64,000 nt of DNA from Alphaproteobacteria bacterium (GTDB lineage Bacteria; Pseudomonadota; Alphaproteobacteria; UBA7887): the NCBI GenBank assembly GCA_965201115.1, contig OZ241745.1, positions 1,810,449 through 1,874,448 on the forward strand, read 5' to 3'. Numbering within the stretch: position 1 is the stretch's first letter; each line of letters starts with the position of its first letter. Under the pieces are notes generated by a model. It saw nothing but the letters and a program-made list of their open reading frames with translations. It did not search any database and was not told the origin of the DNA. Positions 22,317-32,086 of the stretch are shown here, one piece after another. Made by a program: the position numbers and the translations under genes.

Positions 22317-23084
22317 ATGCGCGAAAACCGGGTGCGGACCGTCTGGGAGCAGGGCGGCGCGGTCGTCAACGGCTGGCTCGCCATCCCCCACGCCTTTTCC
22401 GCCGAGACCATGGCCAACGCGCCGTGGGACAGCGTCACCATCGACACGCAGCACGGCATGGTCGATTTCCCCGACGCGGTCCCGATGTTCGCCGCCATGT
22501 CGGCCTACGCCCCGGCGCCGCTGGCGCGCGTGCCGTGGAACGACCCCGCGGCGATCATGAAACTGCTCGACGCCGGCGCCTACGGCATCATCTGCCCGAT
22601 GATCAATACCGCCGAGGAATGCGAACGCTTCGTCGGCGCCTGCCGCTACGCGCCCGCGGGCTACCGCAGTTTCGGCCCCGCGCGCGGCCTGCTCTACGGC
22701 GGCCCCGACTACGCCGCCGCGGCCAACGGAACCATCGTCGCCATGGCCATGATCGAAACCGCGCAGGCGGTCGACAACGTCGAGGAGATCATGGCCGTGC
22801 CGGGGCTCGACGGCGTATATATCGGCCCCAACGACCTCGCCATCAGCCTCGGCAACCCGCCCAACCCCGAGCCCACCGCCGCCAACGTCGTCGAGGCGTG
22901 CGAGACCGTGCTCGCCTGCGCCCGGCGCCGCGGCATCGCCGCCGGCATGCACACGCCCTCGGGCGCCTCCGCCCGCGACAAGATCGAGAAGGGCTACACC
23001 TTCGTGACCGTGGCCAACGACACCCGCCTCCTGGCCGCCGCCGCCGCCGCCGAAATCGCCGCCGCCCGCGGCGCCAACGCCTGA
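22317..23084 (+). CDS. HpcH/HpaI aldolase family protein
   Basis: 'IDTQHG', 'RVPWND', 'LDAGAYGIICPMI', 'MIET', 'YIGPNDL'. Confidence 0.9.
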   Translation: MRENRVRTVWEQGGAVVNGWLAIPHAFSAETMANAPWDSVTIDTQHGMVDFPDAVPMFAAMSAYAPAPLARVPWNDPAAIMKLLDAGAYGIICPMINTAEECERFVGACRYAPAGYRSFGPARGLLYGGPDYAAAANGTIVAMAMIETAQAVDNVEEIMAVPGLDGVYIGPNDLAISLGNPPNPEPTAANVVEACETVLACARRRGIAAGMHTPSGASARDKIEKGYTFVTVANDTRLLAAAAAAEIAAARGANA

Positions 23085-23109
23085 CGCCGCGCGGCGCCGG
23101 CAAGCGCAA

Positions 23110-23450
23110 CCCCGCCGAAGGCGGGGCCCGGGACCGCGGGCTTCCAGCCCGCACGTTTCCACCGCGCCGAAGGCGCGGCCTGGGTGCGCGGGCATCCTGC
23201 CCGCACGTTTCCGCGCGGCGCGCCGCCGCCGCGGAGGGCGCGCCTTCGGCGCGGGAGCGGCAAGACGCCAGCCCGGAGTCCACGGCGCGCTTCCCGGGTG
23301 CGCGGGCGTCCCGCCCGCACGTCTCGACCGCCTCGGACGCCGCCGAGCGAAACGCGCCGGCCCGGAGTCCACGGCGCGCTTCCCGGGTGCGCGGGCGTCC
23401 CGCCCGCACGTCTCGACCGCCTCGGACGCCGCCGAGCGAAACGCGCCGAC
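23110..23450. repeat. REP-like cluster including an 89-bp direct tandem duplication
   Basis: Hairpin at 23110; GCCCGGAGTCCACGGCGCGCTTCCCGGGTGCGCGGGCG... repeated at 23271 and 23360. Confidence 0.8.
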
Positions 23451-23471
23451 CGCAACGCCCCGCCGGCGTCT

Positions 23472-23585
23472 TCATCTCCAGCGCTCTACGCGCATGCCGG
23501 CGGCCCCGGGAAACGAGTCGACGCCGATAACCGGCGGACCAAGAAGCGGCGAAAGCACATTGGTATCGAAAATATGCCCGCCCAT
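23472..23585 (-). pseudogene. Probable 5' remnant of a PIN-domain gene
   Basis: 'MGGHIFDTNVLS' matches the PIN N-terminal hhDTNh motif; starts 4 nt after the preceding stop and ends after 37 codons next to the REP cluster. Confidence 0.45.
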
Positions 23586-23589
23586 CCCG

Positions 23590-24762
23590 TCACACCCCGT
23601 ATTTCCCGAAAAGCGCCGCTTCGTTTTCGGGCAGCGGCCGGAAAACATCGAGAACCCACGCGCCGCGCCCCCGGAACTTGCCCGACACGCGCTCCGCCAG
23701 CGTCTGCCCGGGCGCCGGATACGCCTCGTCCCAGTGCCGCCACGGGTGCGCTGCCGGCCTGCGCGATCCCCGAAACACGGAAAGCAGCTTGCGCTCGAGC
23801 CGCGCGGGCAATTTGTACATATCGAGCGCCGCCGCATCGATCCGCGTCAGCAGATTTTCCATGTCTCGCTTGTATTCGCCCGATGCCCGCGCCCGCCGAA
23901 CCGCGTGCGTATAACTTTCGACCAGCTTCCCCAAGCCGCCCGGATCTCCTTCGGGGACCGGGATCGACTTCACCGTATCGATCGGCAATTCCGACTCCTT
24001 GTCGCGAGCCGACAAAAAAGCATTCGCAAACGGACCGTTAATGATCGCCGAGTATCCCGGCAATTCCGAATTGCCCATGGCGAAACGCGGCCACAGGCCG
24101 ATAACCTGCCGGAAGTACAACAAGCCCTCCTTGTCGAACGCCGCCGCCATGCGCCATGCGCCTCCGCCCGTTCCGGACGCCTTCAAAAGTATCTTCGGCA
24201 GATTCCAAACCCACGCGCCAATGACTTGTCCGACTTTCGTTCGGCGGTAGTCGAACGGCGCGGGCGCCGGCAATACGAATTGGCTCATACCCTCTGTCGA
24301 ATGCAGACACTTCACGCAGCCTTCGCGCTCGTCGCGGTCGTCCGGCTCGAGCGAATATCCCGTCTTCCACGGTATGCCCCTGCGTATATCAAACCGGTCG
24401 CCCAGGCGCGGCAGGCCTTCGGTATACTCCCATATCTCCTCGAGCGCCGGCGCCAGCGCCGCCGCCCGCCCGCCGCCGCCGGCCCGCAACCGCGCCCCGG
24501 CCTCGCAATACTCCGCAACGGCCTCCCGTACCGGCGCCGCAAGCCGCGCCCAGTCGGCGTCGTCCGCCTTCGTCACCGCCGCGAAGCCCGGCCCCAGCGC
24601 CACCGCCTTCACGCCCCCGATCCGGAACAGCCGTCTCGCCAGCGGAGATCGCGCCGCCGCCGCCGGCTCGGCGAAACCGGCCTCGCTCCATCCGGCCCCG
24701 GCGCCCTCCGGCAAAAACCTCACCGTCGCCGGATTCGCCGTCCGCTCCGTCCGCACAATCAT
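23590..24762 (-). CDS. Chimeric protein: Nfu/NifU N-terminal domain fused to a DNA methyltransferase C-terminal target-recognition-like region
   Basis: aa 1-90 'IVRTERTANPATVRFLP..SPLARRLFRIGGVKAV..GFAAVTK..W' = Nfu_N; remainder 'PRLGDRFDIRRG..PKILL..AAAFDKEGL..AIINGPFANAF..IPVP..IDAAALDMYKL' resembles TaqI_C-type TRD; no MTase catalytic motifs. Confidence 0.65.
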   Translation of the reverse strand: MIVRTERTANPATVRFLPEGAGAGWSEAGFAEPAAAARSPLARRLFRIGGVKAVALGPGFAAVTKADDADWARLAAPVREAVAEYCEAGARLRAGGGGRAAALAPALEEIWEYTEGLPRLGDRFDIRRGIPWKTGYSLEPDDRDEREGCVKCLHSTEGMSQFVLPAPAPFDYRRTKVGQVIGAWVWNLPKILLKASGTGGGAWRMAAAFDKEGLLYFRQVIGLWPRFAMGNSELPGYSAIINGPFANAFLSARDKESELPIDTVKSIPVPEGDPGGLGKLVESYTHAVRRARASGEYKRDMENLLTRIDAAALDMYKLPARLERKLLSVFRGSRRPAAHPWRHWDEAYPAPGQTLAERVSGKFRGRGAWVLDVFRPLPENEAALFGKYGV

Positions 24763-24918
24763 GACGCGCTCCCTCGCCGCACAGGCGCCGCCCGGCCGCC
24801 CGCCGAACATGCGGCGCTTCCGCCGCCCCGGTCAACCCCCCGGTTGCCGCCGCCGCCGGCGCGGCGTATGGCATGGCCCCGCGCGCAACCGCGCCGCGCC
24901 CGCCCGTCGAGGAGAGCC

Positions 24919-27900
24919 ATGACCGCGCTTGCCGACACGGCCGCGAAAATCGCGCGCATCGTCGCCGGCGGGATCGAAAGCCTGCGCGCGATCGACGCCC
25001 CCTCCGAGGCCGATACGCAGGACCGGCTCGTCGCGCCCGTGCTCGAGGCGCTCGGCTACCCGCCGGAAAACGTCCGCCGCCACGTAACCGACCGCGGCAA
25101 CCGCCCCGACCGCATCGTCTGGGGCGTCCCGCTCCGCCATGCCGAACGGCGCGACGCGGCGGCCCGGTTCATCGTCGAGGAAAAACCCCTCGGCGCCGAT
25201 TTCGAGCGCCCCCGCGCCAGCCGCGCCGACACGCCCGCGCGCCAGATCCAGCGCTACCTCCGCCAGCACCGCCTCGCCGGCGACGCCACGCTCGGCATCC
25301 TTACCGACGGCCGCCGCTGGCGCGTGTACGAACGCGCCGCCGCCCCGCGCGGCGGCCCCCCCGCCGTGCGGCAAACGGCGGAGTTCGATCTGTGCGCCGC
25401 CGGCGCCGCGCCGCGCGCGCGCGAAATCGAAAGTTTCGTCGCCCGGCTGGCGGCGGAGTTCTTCCGCGCCGCCGGCGACGCGCCGCTCTATCCGCTCGGG
25501 CGGCGGTTCCTGGCGCGGGCGCTGCGCGCCATCGCCGAGGGCGACGCGGCCGCCGTCGCCGGCGGCCTCGCCGGCGCGCCGCTTCGCGAATTCGCCGCGC
25601 CGCGCCTGCCCGCCACCGGCCTCGTCGCCGACGCCCGCGCCAACGACTGGGCCGGGGACTTCGTCGTCGGCCTCGGCCCCGCATGCCGCGCCGGGCATCG
25701 GCGGGAGTCGCTGCTCGAAGACAACGATTCGCGCGTTCGCCTCGCCGCCGTGCCGTTCCGCTGGGCGCCGGGCGCCGCCGGCGCGCGCCTCTGCAAGGGC
25801 GATATCGCCCTGTGCGCGCGGGCGCTCGCAAAGGACGGCGGCCCCCTTGTGCTGTCCGCCTGGACGCAGCGCCCCGGCGGCCTCGAAGTCGGTATGCGCA
25901 TCGCCGTCCACATCGACGGGCGGACGGCGATGACGCCCGAATTCGACCCCGATCTGCCGCCCGCCAGCGTGCTGCTGAAAATCGACAAGCTCGCCGCCAT
26001 TCTCCAGGCGCCGAGGGAGAAGCGCACGGCGCCGGCCCTGTTCAGGGCGTTCGACATCCTGCCTCTCCAGAGGGAGTTCTACGCCCGCGTCGAGGCGTGG
26101 CTCGAACGCCGGCTCGAGGACGGCGCCGGCGGCGCGCGCGGCGCCGCGCTCGTGCGCCACCTGATCCGCACGCTGTTCGCCTGGGCGCTGAAGGAACACG
26201 GCATCGTTCCGCGCAGCCTGTTCGACCGCGATTTCGTCCGCGCCGCGCTGGCGGAGACGCCCGCCGGCGCCTGCGCATACCACGAACTCGTGCTCGCGCA
26301 TCTGTTTCACGAAGCGCTCAACCGCCCGGAAGACCGCCGCGCGCCGCACCCCATCGCCGATATCGGGGGCCGCCTCGCCGCCGTCCCGTTTCTCAACGGA
26401 TCCGTCTTCGCGCACCGCCCCGGCGACGATCTCGCGCGCCTTCCCGATACCGCCTACTGGAGCGGCGACCCGGACGCGCCCGGCCTGTTCGACATACTCG
26501 AGGCCTTCCAGTGGACGCTGGACGAGCATTCCGCGCAAACGCACGATCTGACCCTCGACCCCGAGCTCCTCGGCGCGCTGTTCGAGCGTCTCATCGGCCT
26601 CGTCGACCGCTCCCGGCCGAAACCGAACCGCAAGCCCAACGGCGCCTACTACACGCCGCGCGACGTCGTCGCGGTCATGGCGCAGGACGCGCTCGTCGCC
26701 CGGATGCTGCGCGAGAACGACCCCGATATCGCCGAACCCGAACTCCGCGCGCTGTTCTCCGCGTCCGACGACGCGCCGCCGCGCTGGACGCCCGGCGTGC
26801 GCCAGCGCGCGCTGCGCACATTGCGGAGCCTCGCGGTTTTCGACCCCGCGGTCGGCTCGGGCGCGTTTCTTCTCGGCGTCCTCGAAACCCTGATGACCGC
26901 CTACCGGAAGCTCGACCCGAACCTTCGCGACCGCCGCGCGCGCGGCGCCGCCGTCCGCGCCATCGTCCGCGACCAGCTGCACGGCGGCGATATCCAGCCG
27001 CTGGCCTCGCAGATCGCCAAACTGCGGCTCTATCTCGCCATCGAGGCCGCCGAAGGCGCCGATACCGGGCCGCTCCCCAATCTCGAGGCGCGCATCGTCA
27101 ACGCCGACGCCCTCGCCGCGGCGCCCGATCCCGCTTGGCGCCCGGGCGCCGACGGCGGCCTCGCCGGCGCCGACCCCGAGTTCCGCCGCCTGCTCGCAAG
27201 CCTCATGGCCAGCCGCCGCGCGTGGTTCGACGCGCACGACGAAGACGCGAAACGCGAACTCGCGGCGCGCGACGAACGCCTGCGCGGCGCGCTCGCCGCC
27301 TGCGCGCGCAAACTCCCCCTGCCGCCGGAAACCCTCGCCTTCGTCGAATGGTCGCCGCTCGATCCCGGCGGCGCCGTCGCCCGCGCCGACCCGCGGCTCA
27401 TCTTCTCCCGCGACCCGTGGCCCGGCTTCGACATCGTGATCGGCAACCCGCCGTACCAGGCGCTGCCCGCCGCCGCGCGCCGCCGCGCGCGCGAGCGCGG
27501 CTGCCGCGCCGCCGGCGCCGGCCGCAGCGAGGCGCTGTTCCTCGAACTCGCGCTGGCCCTCGCCTCGCCCACCCACGGCGTCGTCGAGTTCGTCCTGCCG
27601 CTCGGCGTGTCGTTCCGCCGCGACCACGCCGCCTTGCGCGCCGCCGCGCAAGACATGTGCGAACGCATCGAACTCCGCCACCACGACATGACGCCGGGCC
27701 GCATCTTCGATAACGACCCGACGGCCAAGGCCTGGCCGAACAAGCAGCGCGCGACCCTGCTGACCGCCGTCCGCGGCGCCGGCGGCGCCGTGCGGACGAC
27801 CGGCCTGCGGCGCTGGTTCGAGAAACCCGAACGCAACGAACGCGCCGCCTGCCTCGCGAACCGCCGCACCGTCGCGGCCCCCCGCCTGTCCGATTCCGCC

Positions 27901-28494
27901 GTCGATGAGCGCATCGCCGGCCAATGGCTGCGCGTCCCCGCCGGCGCCGCCGGCGCCCTCGTCCGCGCCCTCGCCGCGCAACGCGCGACCATCGGCGCCC
28001 TCGCCGGCCCCGGCGCCCACACCCTCGTCCTGCCGCGCACGGGCTACCGGTACATAACCGCGCTGCCCGCCGGCGCCGTCGCCCCGCGCCAGGAACAATC
28101 GCTGTCGTTCCCCGCCGAGGCCGATTTCAAGATCGCACTCGCGGCGCTGAACGGCCACGCCGCCTATGGCTGGTGGATCGCCGTCGACGACGGCTTCCAC
28201 GTCAACATGCACACGTTCCGGGCCTTCGGCGTGCCCGCCCCGTGGCTCCGCGCCGGCCCCGAACGCGCCCGCGCCCTCGCCCTGGCCGACGCCCTGATCG
28301 CCGCCATCCCGCAATCCGCGACGGGCAAGCTGAACGCCGGAACCCGCTGGAAAAACGCCGACTTCTTCTCCGGCGCCCCCGATATCATCGCCGAGCTCGA
28401 CAAGCTGCAAATCGATTCGCTGGGCCTCCCCCGCGCCCCCCTCCTCGACCAGCTCCGCGTCATGCGCTCAAGCAGCAGCTGGCGCCTCCCGTAA
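24919..28494 (+). CDS. Type IIG-like restriction-modification enzyme (nuclease + N6-adenine MTase + TRD)
   Basis: N-terminal 'SEADTQDRLVAPVLEALGY..RPD..IVEEK..QIQRYL..GILTDGRRW'; 'FLNGSVF', 'LGALFE', 'GAYYTP', motif I 'FDPAVGSGAF', motif IV 'FDIVIGNPPY'. Confidence 0.85.
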   Translation: MTALADTAAKIARIVAGGIESLRAIDAPSEADTQDRLVAPVLEALGYPPENVRRHVTDRGNRPDRIVWGVPLRHAERRDAAARFIVEEKPLGADFERPRASRADTPARQIQRYLRQHRLAGDATLGILTDGRRWRVYERAAAPRGGPPAVRQTAEFDLCAAGAAPRAREIESFVARLAAEFFRAAGDAPLYPLGRRFLARALRAIAEGDAAAVAGGLAGAPLREFAAPRLPATGLVADARANDWAGDFVVGLGPACRAGHRRESLLEDNDSRVRLAAVPFRWAPGAAGARLCKGDIALCARALAKDGGPLVLSAWTQRPGGLEVGMRIAVHIDGRTAMTPEFDPDLPPASVLLKIDKLAAILQAPREKRTAPALFRAFDILPLQREFYARVEAWLERRLEDGAGGARGAALVRHLIRTLFAWALKEHGIVPRSLFDRDFVRAALAETPAGACAYHELVLAHLFHEALNRPEDRRAPHPIADIGGRLAAVPFLNGSVFAHRPGDDLARLPDTAYWSGDPDAPGLFDILEAFQWTLDEHSAQTHDLTLDPELLGALFERLIGLVDRSRPKPNRKPNGAYYTPRDVVAVMAQDALVARMLRENDPDIAEPELRALFSASDDAPPRWTPGVRQRALRTLRSLAVFDPAVGSGAFLLGVLETLMTAYRKLDPNLRDRRARGAAVRAIVRDQLHGGDIQPLASQIAKLRLYLAIEAAEGADTGPLPNLEARIVNADALAAAPDPAWRPGADGGLAGADPEFRRLLASLMASRRAWFDAHDEDAKRELAARDERLRGALAACARKLPLPPETLAFVEWSPLDPGGAVARADPRLIFSRDPWPGFDIVIGNPPYQALPAAARRRARERGCRAAGAGRSEALFLELALALASPTHGVVEFVLPLGVSFRRDHAALRAAAQDMCERIELRHHDMTPGRIFDNDPTAKAWPNKQRATLLTAVRGAGGAVRTTGLRRWFEKPERNERAACLANRRTVAAPRLSDSAVDERIAGQWLRVPAGAAGALVRALAAQRATIGALAGPGAHTLVLPRTGYRYITALPAGAVAPRQEQSLSFPAEADFKIALAALNGHAAYGWWIAVDDGFHVNMHTFRAFGVPAPWLRAGPERARALALADALIAAIPQSATGKLNAGTRWKNADFFSGAPDIIAELDKLQIDSLGLPRAPLLDQLRVMRSSSSWRLP

Positions 28495-28499
28495 CTCCC

Positions 28500-29005
28500 C
28501 GCGCACTTCCTGGGCGCCCGCACGTCGCCGACCCACCCGGCGCACTTCCTCTGAGTGTCTGCGCCGAAATGCTTGCCCCGCCGAAGGCGGGGCCCGGGAC
28601 CGCGGGCATCCTGCCCGCACGTTGCCCACCCGCGCGGCGCACTCCCTCCGAGTGTCTGTACTGAAATGCTTACCCCGCCGAAGGCGGGGCCTGGGACCGC
28701 GGGCATCCTGCCCGCACGTCAGCGCCCCGCGCGGCGCACTCCCTCCGAGTGTCTGTGCCGAAATGCTTGCCCCGCCGAAGGCGGGGCCTGGGTGCGCGGG
28801 CGTCCCCGCCCGCACGTTCCCGCAAGCCGCGATGTTGCCGTGGAAGCAAGGCCTTTCGCGCCCCCTCCCCGGCGCCCGTAGCGTCGAGACGTGCGGGCGA
28901 GACGCCCGCGCACCCAGGCCCCGCCTTCGGCGGGGTTGCGCTTCACCCCGGAGATCGCGCCGAAGGCGCGGACTTCCCGGGACCGCGGGCATCCTGCCCG
29001 CACGT
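28500..29005. repeat. Three ~97-bp tandem units built on the REP hairpin plus an inverted REP
   Basis: GCGCACT.CCTC.GAGTGTCTG..C.GAAATGCTT.CCCCGCCGAAGGCGGGGCC at about 28540, 28637 and 28734; inverted copy near 28919. Confidence 0.8.
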
Positions 29006-29114
29006 CGCCGCCCCGCGCGGCGCCCGTTGACCCCGCCCGCGCCGCCCGATATACCGTCGGCCGCCCCGCAACCGCCGCGGCGCGCCATACGCCACGAACC
29101 CCGCGAGCACGGCA

Positions 29115-30512
29115 ATGCCGAACGGCCCTATCTACCGTTTCGAAAACATAGGCCCGATCGCCAGCGCCGGGCTCGAGCTCGGCGACCTCACCATCGTCGC
29201 CGGCCGCAACAACACCGGCAAAACCCGGTTGGTCCACGCGCTCTACGGTTTCCTGGCGGGCTGGCCTCATGTCGACCGCTACGGACCGGCCGTCCCGGGA
29301 TACTCTTCGCCCGTGTTCGATCGGCTCGTCGACAGCCTCGCCGAACGCGGCGAGGCGTCGATTCCCATGAACCGCAAAACGCTCGCCGGGGAGCGCAAAA
29401 CCATCCTGCGGCAAATATGCAAGGTCTTTTCCGACTTCGGCTTCGCCGACGTCTTCAACGCCCCGGAGGACGATTTTTCGGAAACGCGCCTCGAAATCGA
29501 TCTTGCCTCCCCCGCGCCCGAATGCAGTGTATCGAAGGATTTCCCCGCGCCCCGAACCGGGGCCGCCGCTATTCGTTGCGACGGCAAGACGATAGACGCG
29601 ATCCTCGATACGGGGCAGCCGCCGCCGGGCGGGGATTCCACCCGCTTCCGCATGGCGCTGGCAAAGGCGTATATCTCGTTCCTGTTTCCGGAATTTCCGA
29701 TGAGGCCCTTTCCGCTTGCGTCCGAACGACACGGAATTTCGCTCTTCTACAAGGATCTCGACCGCAACCGGAGCGACATCGTGGACGCCCTGCGGAAAGC
29801 CCGGCGCGATGAAAGAACGAATATCGCCGGCTTGCCCGACTTCGCGGATTCGGCGTCCGGCCGCTGCTCCCTTCCGGTTCGCGACAACACAGTGTTCGCC
29901 AGGGACATAACCCGGCTGCCGGAAACGCGCGGCGGCGCCCGCGGCAGGAAACTCTCCGGAAATATCGGCAAGATGCTGCGGGGCGCATACCGCGTCGCCA
30001 ACGACGATATACAATTCGTTCCCGAATCGCCCGATGGCGATGACATTGCGCTCCCCCTCTACCGCGCATCCTCCTCGGTCCGCGAACTCTCCGATTTCTA
30101 CTTCTTCCTGCGCCGCGCCGCCGACCGCTACGATCTGCTTGTCATCGACGAACCCGAAAGCCATCTCGACACCGCGAATCAGATCCGCATGGCGCGCCTG
30201 CTTGTCCGCGCGGTAAACACGGGCTTGAAAGTGCTCATCACGACCCACAGCGATTATATAATCAAGGAACTCAACAATCTGATCATGTTGAACAGCCTTG
30301 ACGATACTTTTTTGGAAAAGCATGGATACAGGACTGGCGACAGACTCGACCCGGGCAGAATACGGGCATACGTCGCCGGGAACAACAGCCTCGCCGAATC
30401 CCGTATCGACGAATTCGGCGTCGAAATGCCGGTCTTCGACAATACGATCAACGATATAAACTACGTGGCCAACGATTTGGCGGCCTGGCTCGAAGCGCGC
30501 TCCCATGACTGA
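29115..30512 (+). CDS. ABC-type ATPase (AAA_15/AAA_21-like), putative defence/TA component
   Basis: 'FENIGPI', Walker A GRNNTGKT, signature-like 'ASSSVRE', Walker B 'LVIDEPESHL', 'ITTHSDY'. Confidence 0.85.
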   Translation: MPNGPIYRFENIGPIASAGLELGDLTIVAGRNNTGKTRLVHALYGFLAGWPHVDRYGPAVPGYSSPVFDRLVDSLAERGEASIPMNRKTLAGERKTILRQICKVFSDFGFADVFNAPEDDFSETRLEIDLASPAPECSVSKDFPAPRTGAAAIRCDGKTIDAILDTGQPPPGGDSTRFRMALAKAYISFLFPEFPMRPFPLASERHGISLFYKDLDRNRSDIVDALRKARRDERTNIAGLPDFADSASGRCSLPVRDNTVFARDITRLPETRGGARGRKLSGNIGKMLRGAYRVANDDIQFVPESPDGDDIALPLYRASSSVRELSDFYFFLRRAADRYDLLVIDEPESHLDTANQIRMARLLVRAVNTGLKVLITTHSDYIIKELNNLIMLNSLDDTFLEKHGYRTGDRLDPGRIRAYVAGNNSLAESRIDEFGVEMPVFDNTINDINYVANDLAAWLEARSHD

Positions 30513-31224
30513 CGCCGGATTGGCGCAAGCCATTGTCGCGTTGGGCCTTGTTCCAGACAATTATCTGACCGCGCCCGAGAACGGCAAACTCGCGCTCGAA
30601 GACAAGACCGCAAATATGACAATGGAGATCATCGGCCCGCCCGCGGGAGCGGTCGGGATTCGCATGGAGAACCTGGGGCATCTGCCCGGTATCCGGCCGA
30701 AGTTGCGGCTCGATCGCGAGCGCACGATCAGGATATGCGATTTTCTCGTGCTCGCCGAACTGGACGACGTATCGTACGCCGTATTCATCGAGATGAAGAG
30801 GACGCAGTCCGATGAAGAAAGACCGAAAGAACAGTTATTGTGGTCGGCGCCGATTTTACATTACCTCCAGCGCTTGTGCGCAATCGCCGGCCGATTCTCG
30901 TCGACTAAGACGCAGTCTGCCGAGGAACGACCGCAAGAGAAACTGTTGTGGTCGTTGCCGATTTTACATTACCTCCGGCGCTTGTGCGCGATTGCCAGCC
31001 GATTCTCGTCGACTAAACCGCGAATTCCTGCACACGCCGGGATTGTGGAACGTTATTGGTTAGTCAGCGAGTACGGCGGGCGCAGACAACTCGACAAACA
31101 AACTGTTAGTAGAATCCGACAGACAGAGATTGCCCGAGAGCCAGAGATGGTAACCTATCGAGGCATTACAATCGCTAAACACGTTGGATTGTCGGTTCCC
31201 TTCTCCATGCTTGTGGAACGGTAA
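30505..31224 (+). CDS. Hypothetical partner of the ATPase, possible PD-(D/E)XK nuclease, with internal 36-aa duplication
   Basis: 'ICDFLV..VFIEMK..EQL' resembles a D..EXK..Q core; overlaps the ATPase stop; 108-bp repeat 30802-31017. Confidence 0.55.
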   Translation: MTDAGLAQAIVALGLVPDNYLTAPENGKLALEDKTANMTMEIIGPPAGAVGIRMENLGHLPGIRPKLRLDRERTIRICDFLVLAELDDVSYAVFIEMKRTQSDEERPKEQLLWSAPILHYLQRLCAIAGRFSSTKTQSAEERPQEKLLWSLPILHYLRRLCAIASRFSSTKPRIPAHAGIVERYWLVSEYGGRRQLDKQTVSRIRQTEIAREPEMVTYRGITIAKHVGLSVPFSMLVER

Positions 31225-31519
31225 ATTCGGATGTGGCGGGACACGGCCCAAAAGCGTTGGGCGATTAAGTCAGGATGCAGGCTCGCCGATCGGTCGTGAA
31301 ACTGCGCGCACGGCGAGCCGCCGATTCGGCAACGCACAGCCGACGGGAACGACAAGTAGTATGCGATCCACGCAGATGCACTTCTTGGGGGGCATCTTGC
31401 CCGCGCGCCGGCGATCCGCGCGACCACTCGGATATAGGCACGCGCCCCGGCAACGCCGTGGCGCATGCCTCCGCAAGTGCCAACGTATTGGAATTCTCAC
31501 GCATATTTGGAATACTCGT

Positions 31520-32086
31520 CTATTCGACCCAACCAGACAGGCATGAGCCGCTTCTGTTGCGTCCGAACTGACGACGACTATTGTCCGGCGGAGGAGTGCC
31601 AGCCCGTCTCTCGAACGCGCGATGAACCCAACGTTTGACAATTCCCGCGAAGTCCGTGCGCGGCCAATCGTAAACGCGTGCATAGGGATCAACCCCGTCG
31701 CAGTTGTCCGCCAACCGCGGCGGCATCAAGCGAACGCGGTATTTGCCCCGGCCGAAATCGTCGTGGTTGGGAAGGGTTATGCCCACGAGACCGCAACGCG
31801 GATTCCAGGAAGTGTGACGCAAGCTGGAGCCGATTTCCCAATCCACATGCTTTCTCTGCCATGTGCAGGGGCCGACCAAAACCACCGTCACGGTCGCATC
31901 GCGTATGAACCGCTCGCGAATTCGCTGACGAATGGCGTCGGTCTTCGAGACGGTGTCGTCTATGTCGCCGTCCCCGACAGACTGGTCGACTATATCGGTT
32001 CCGATTTGGGCAACGAATTTGTCCTTCCAGCGCTGATCGTCGTGATGGAAGCTGATGAAGACCCTGTGTCTGGGTACCGCGTTCAT
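31520..32086 (-). CDS. TIR-domain protein (ThsB/DUF1863-like)
   Basis: 'HRVFISFHHDD', 'IRERFIRDATVTVVLVG', 'RKHVDWEIGSSL' with the catalytic Glu. Confidence 0.88.
   Translation of the reverse strand: MNAVPRHRVFISFHHDDQRWKDKFVAQIGTDIVDQSVGDGDIDDTVSKTDAIRQRIRERFIRDATVTVVLVGPCTWQRKHVDWEIGSSLRHTSWNPRCGLVGITLPNHDDFGRGKYRVRLMPPRLADNCDGVDPYARVYDWPRTDFAGIVKRWVHRAFERRAGTPPPDNSRRQFGRNRSGSCLSGWVE

Noticed and set aside
23494-24918. N-terminal extension of the type IIG ORF
   Set aside because: Antisense to the Nfu_N-TRD gene; GGAG RBS supports ATG 24919
28500-28830. Three ~97-bp periodic units as a CRISPR array
   Set aside because: The intervening segments resemble each other and contain the REP motif found across the window; no cas genes are present
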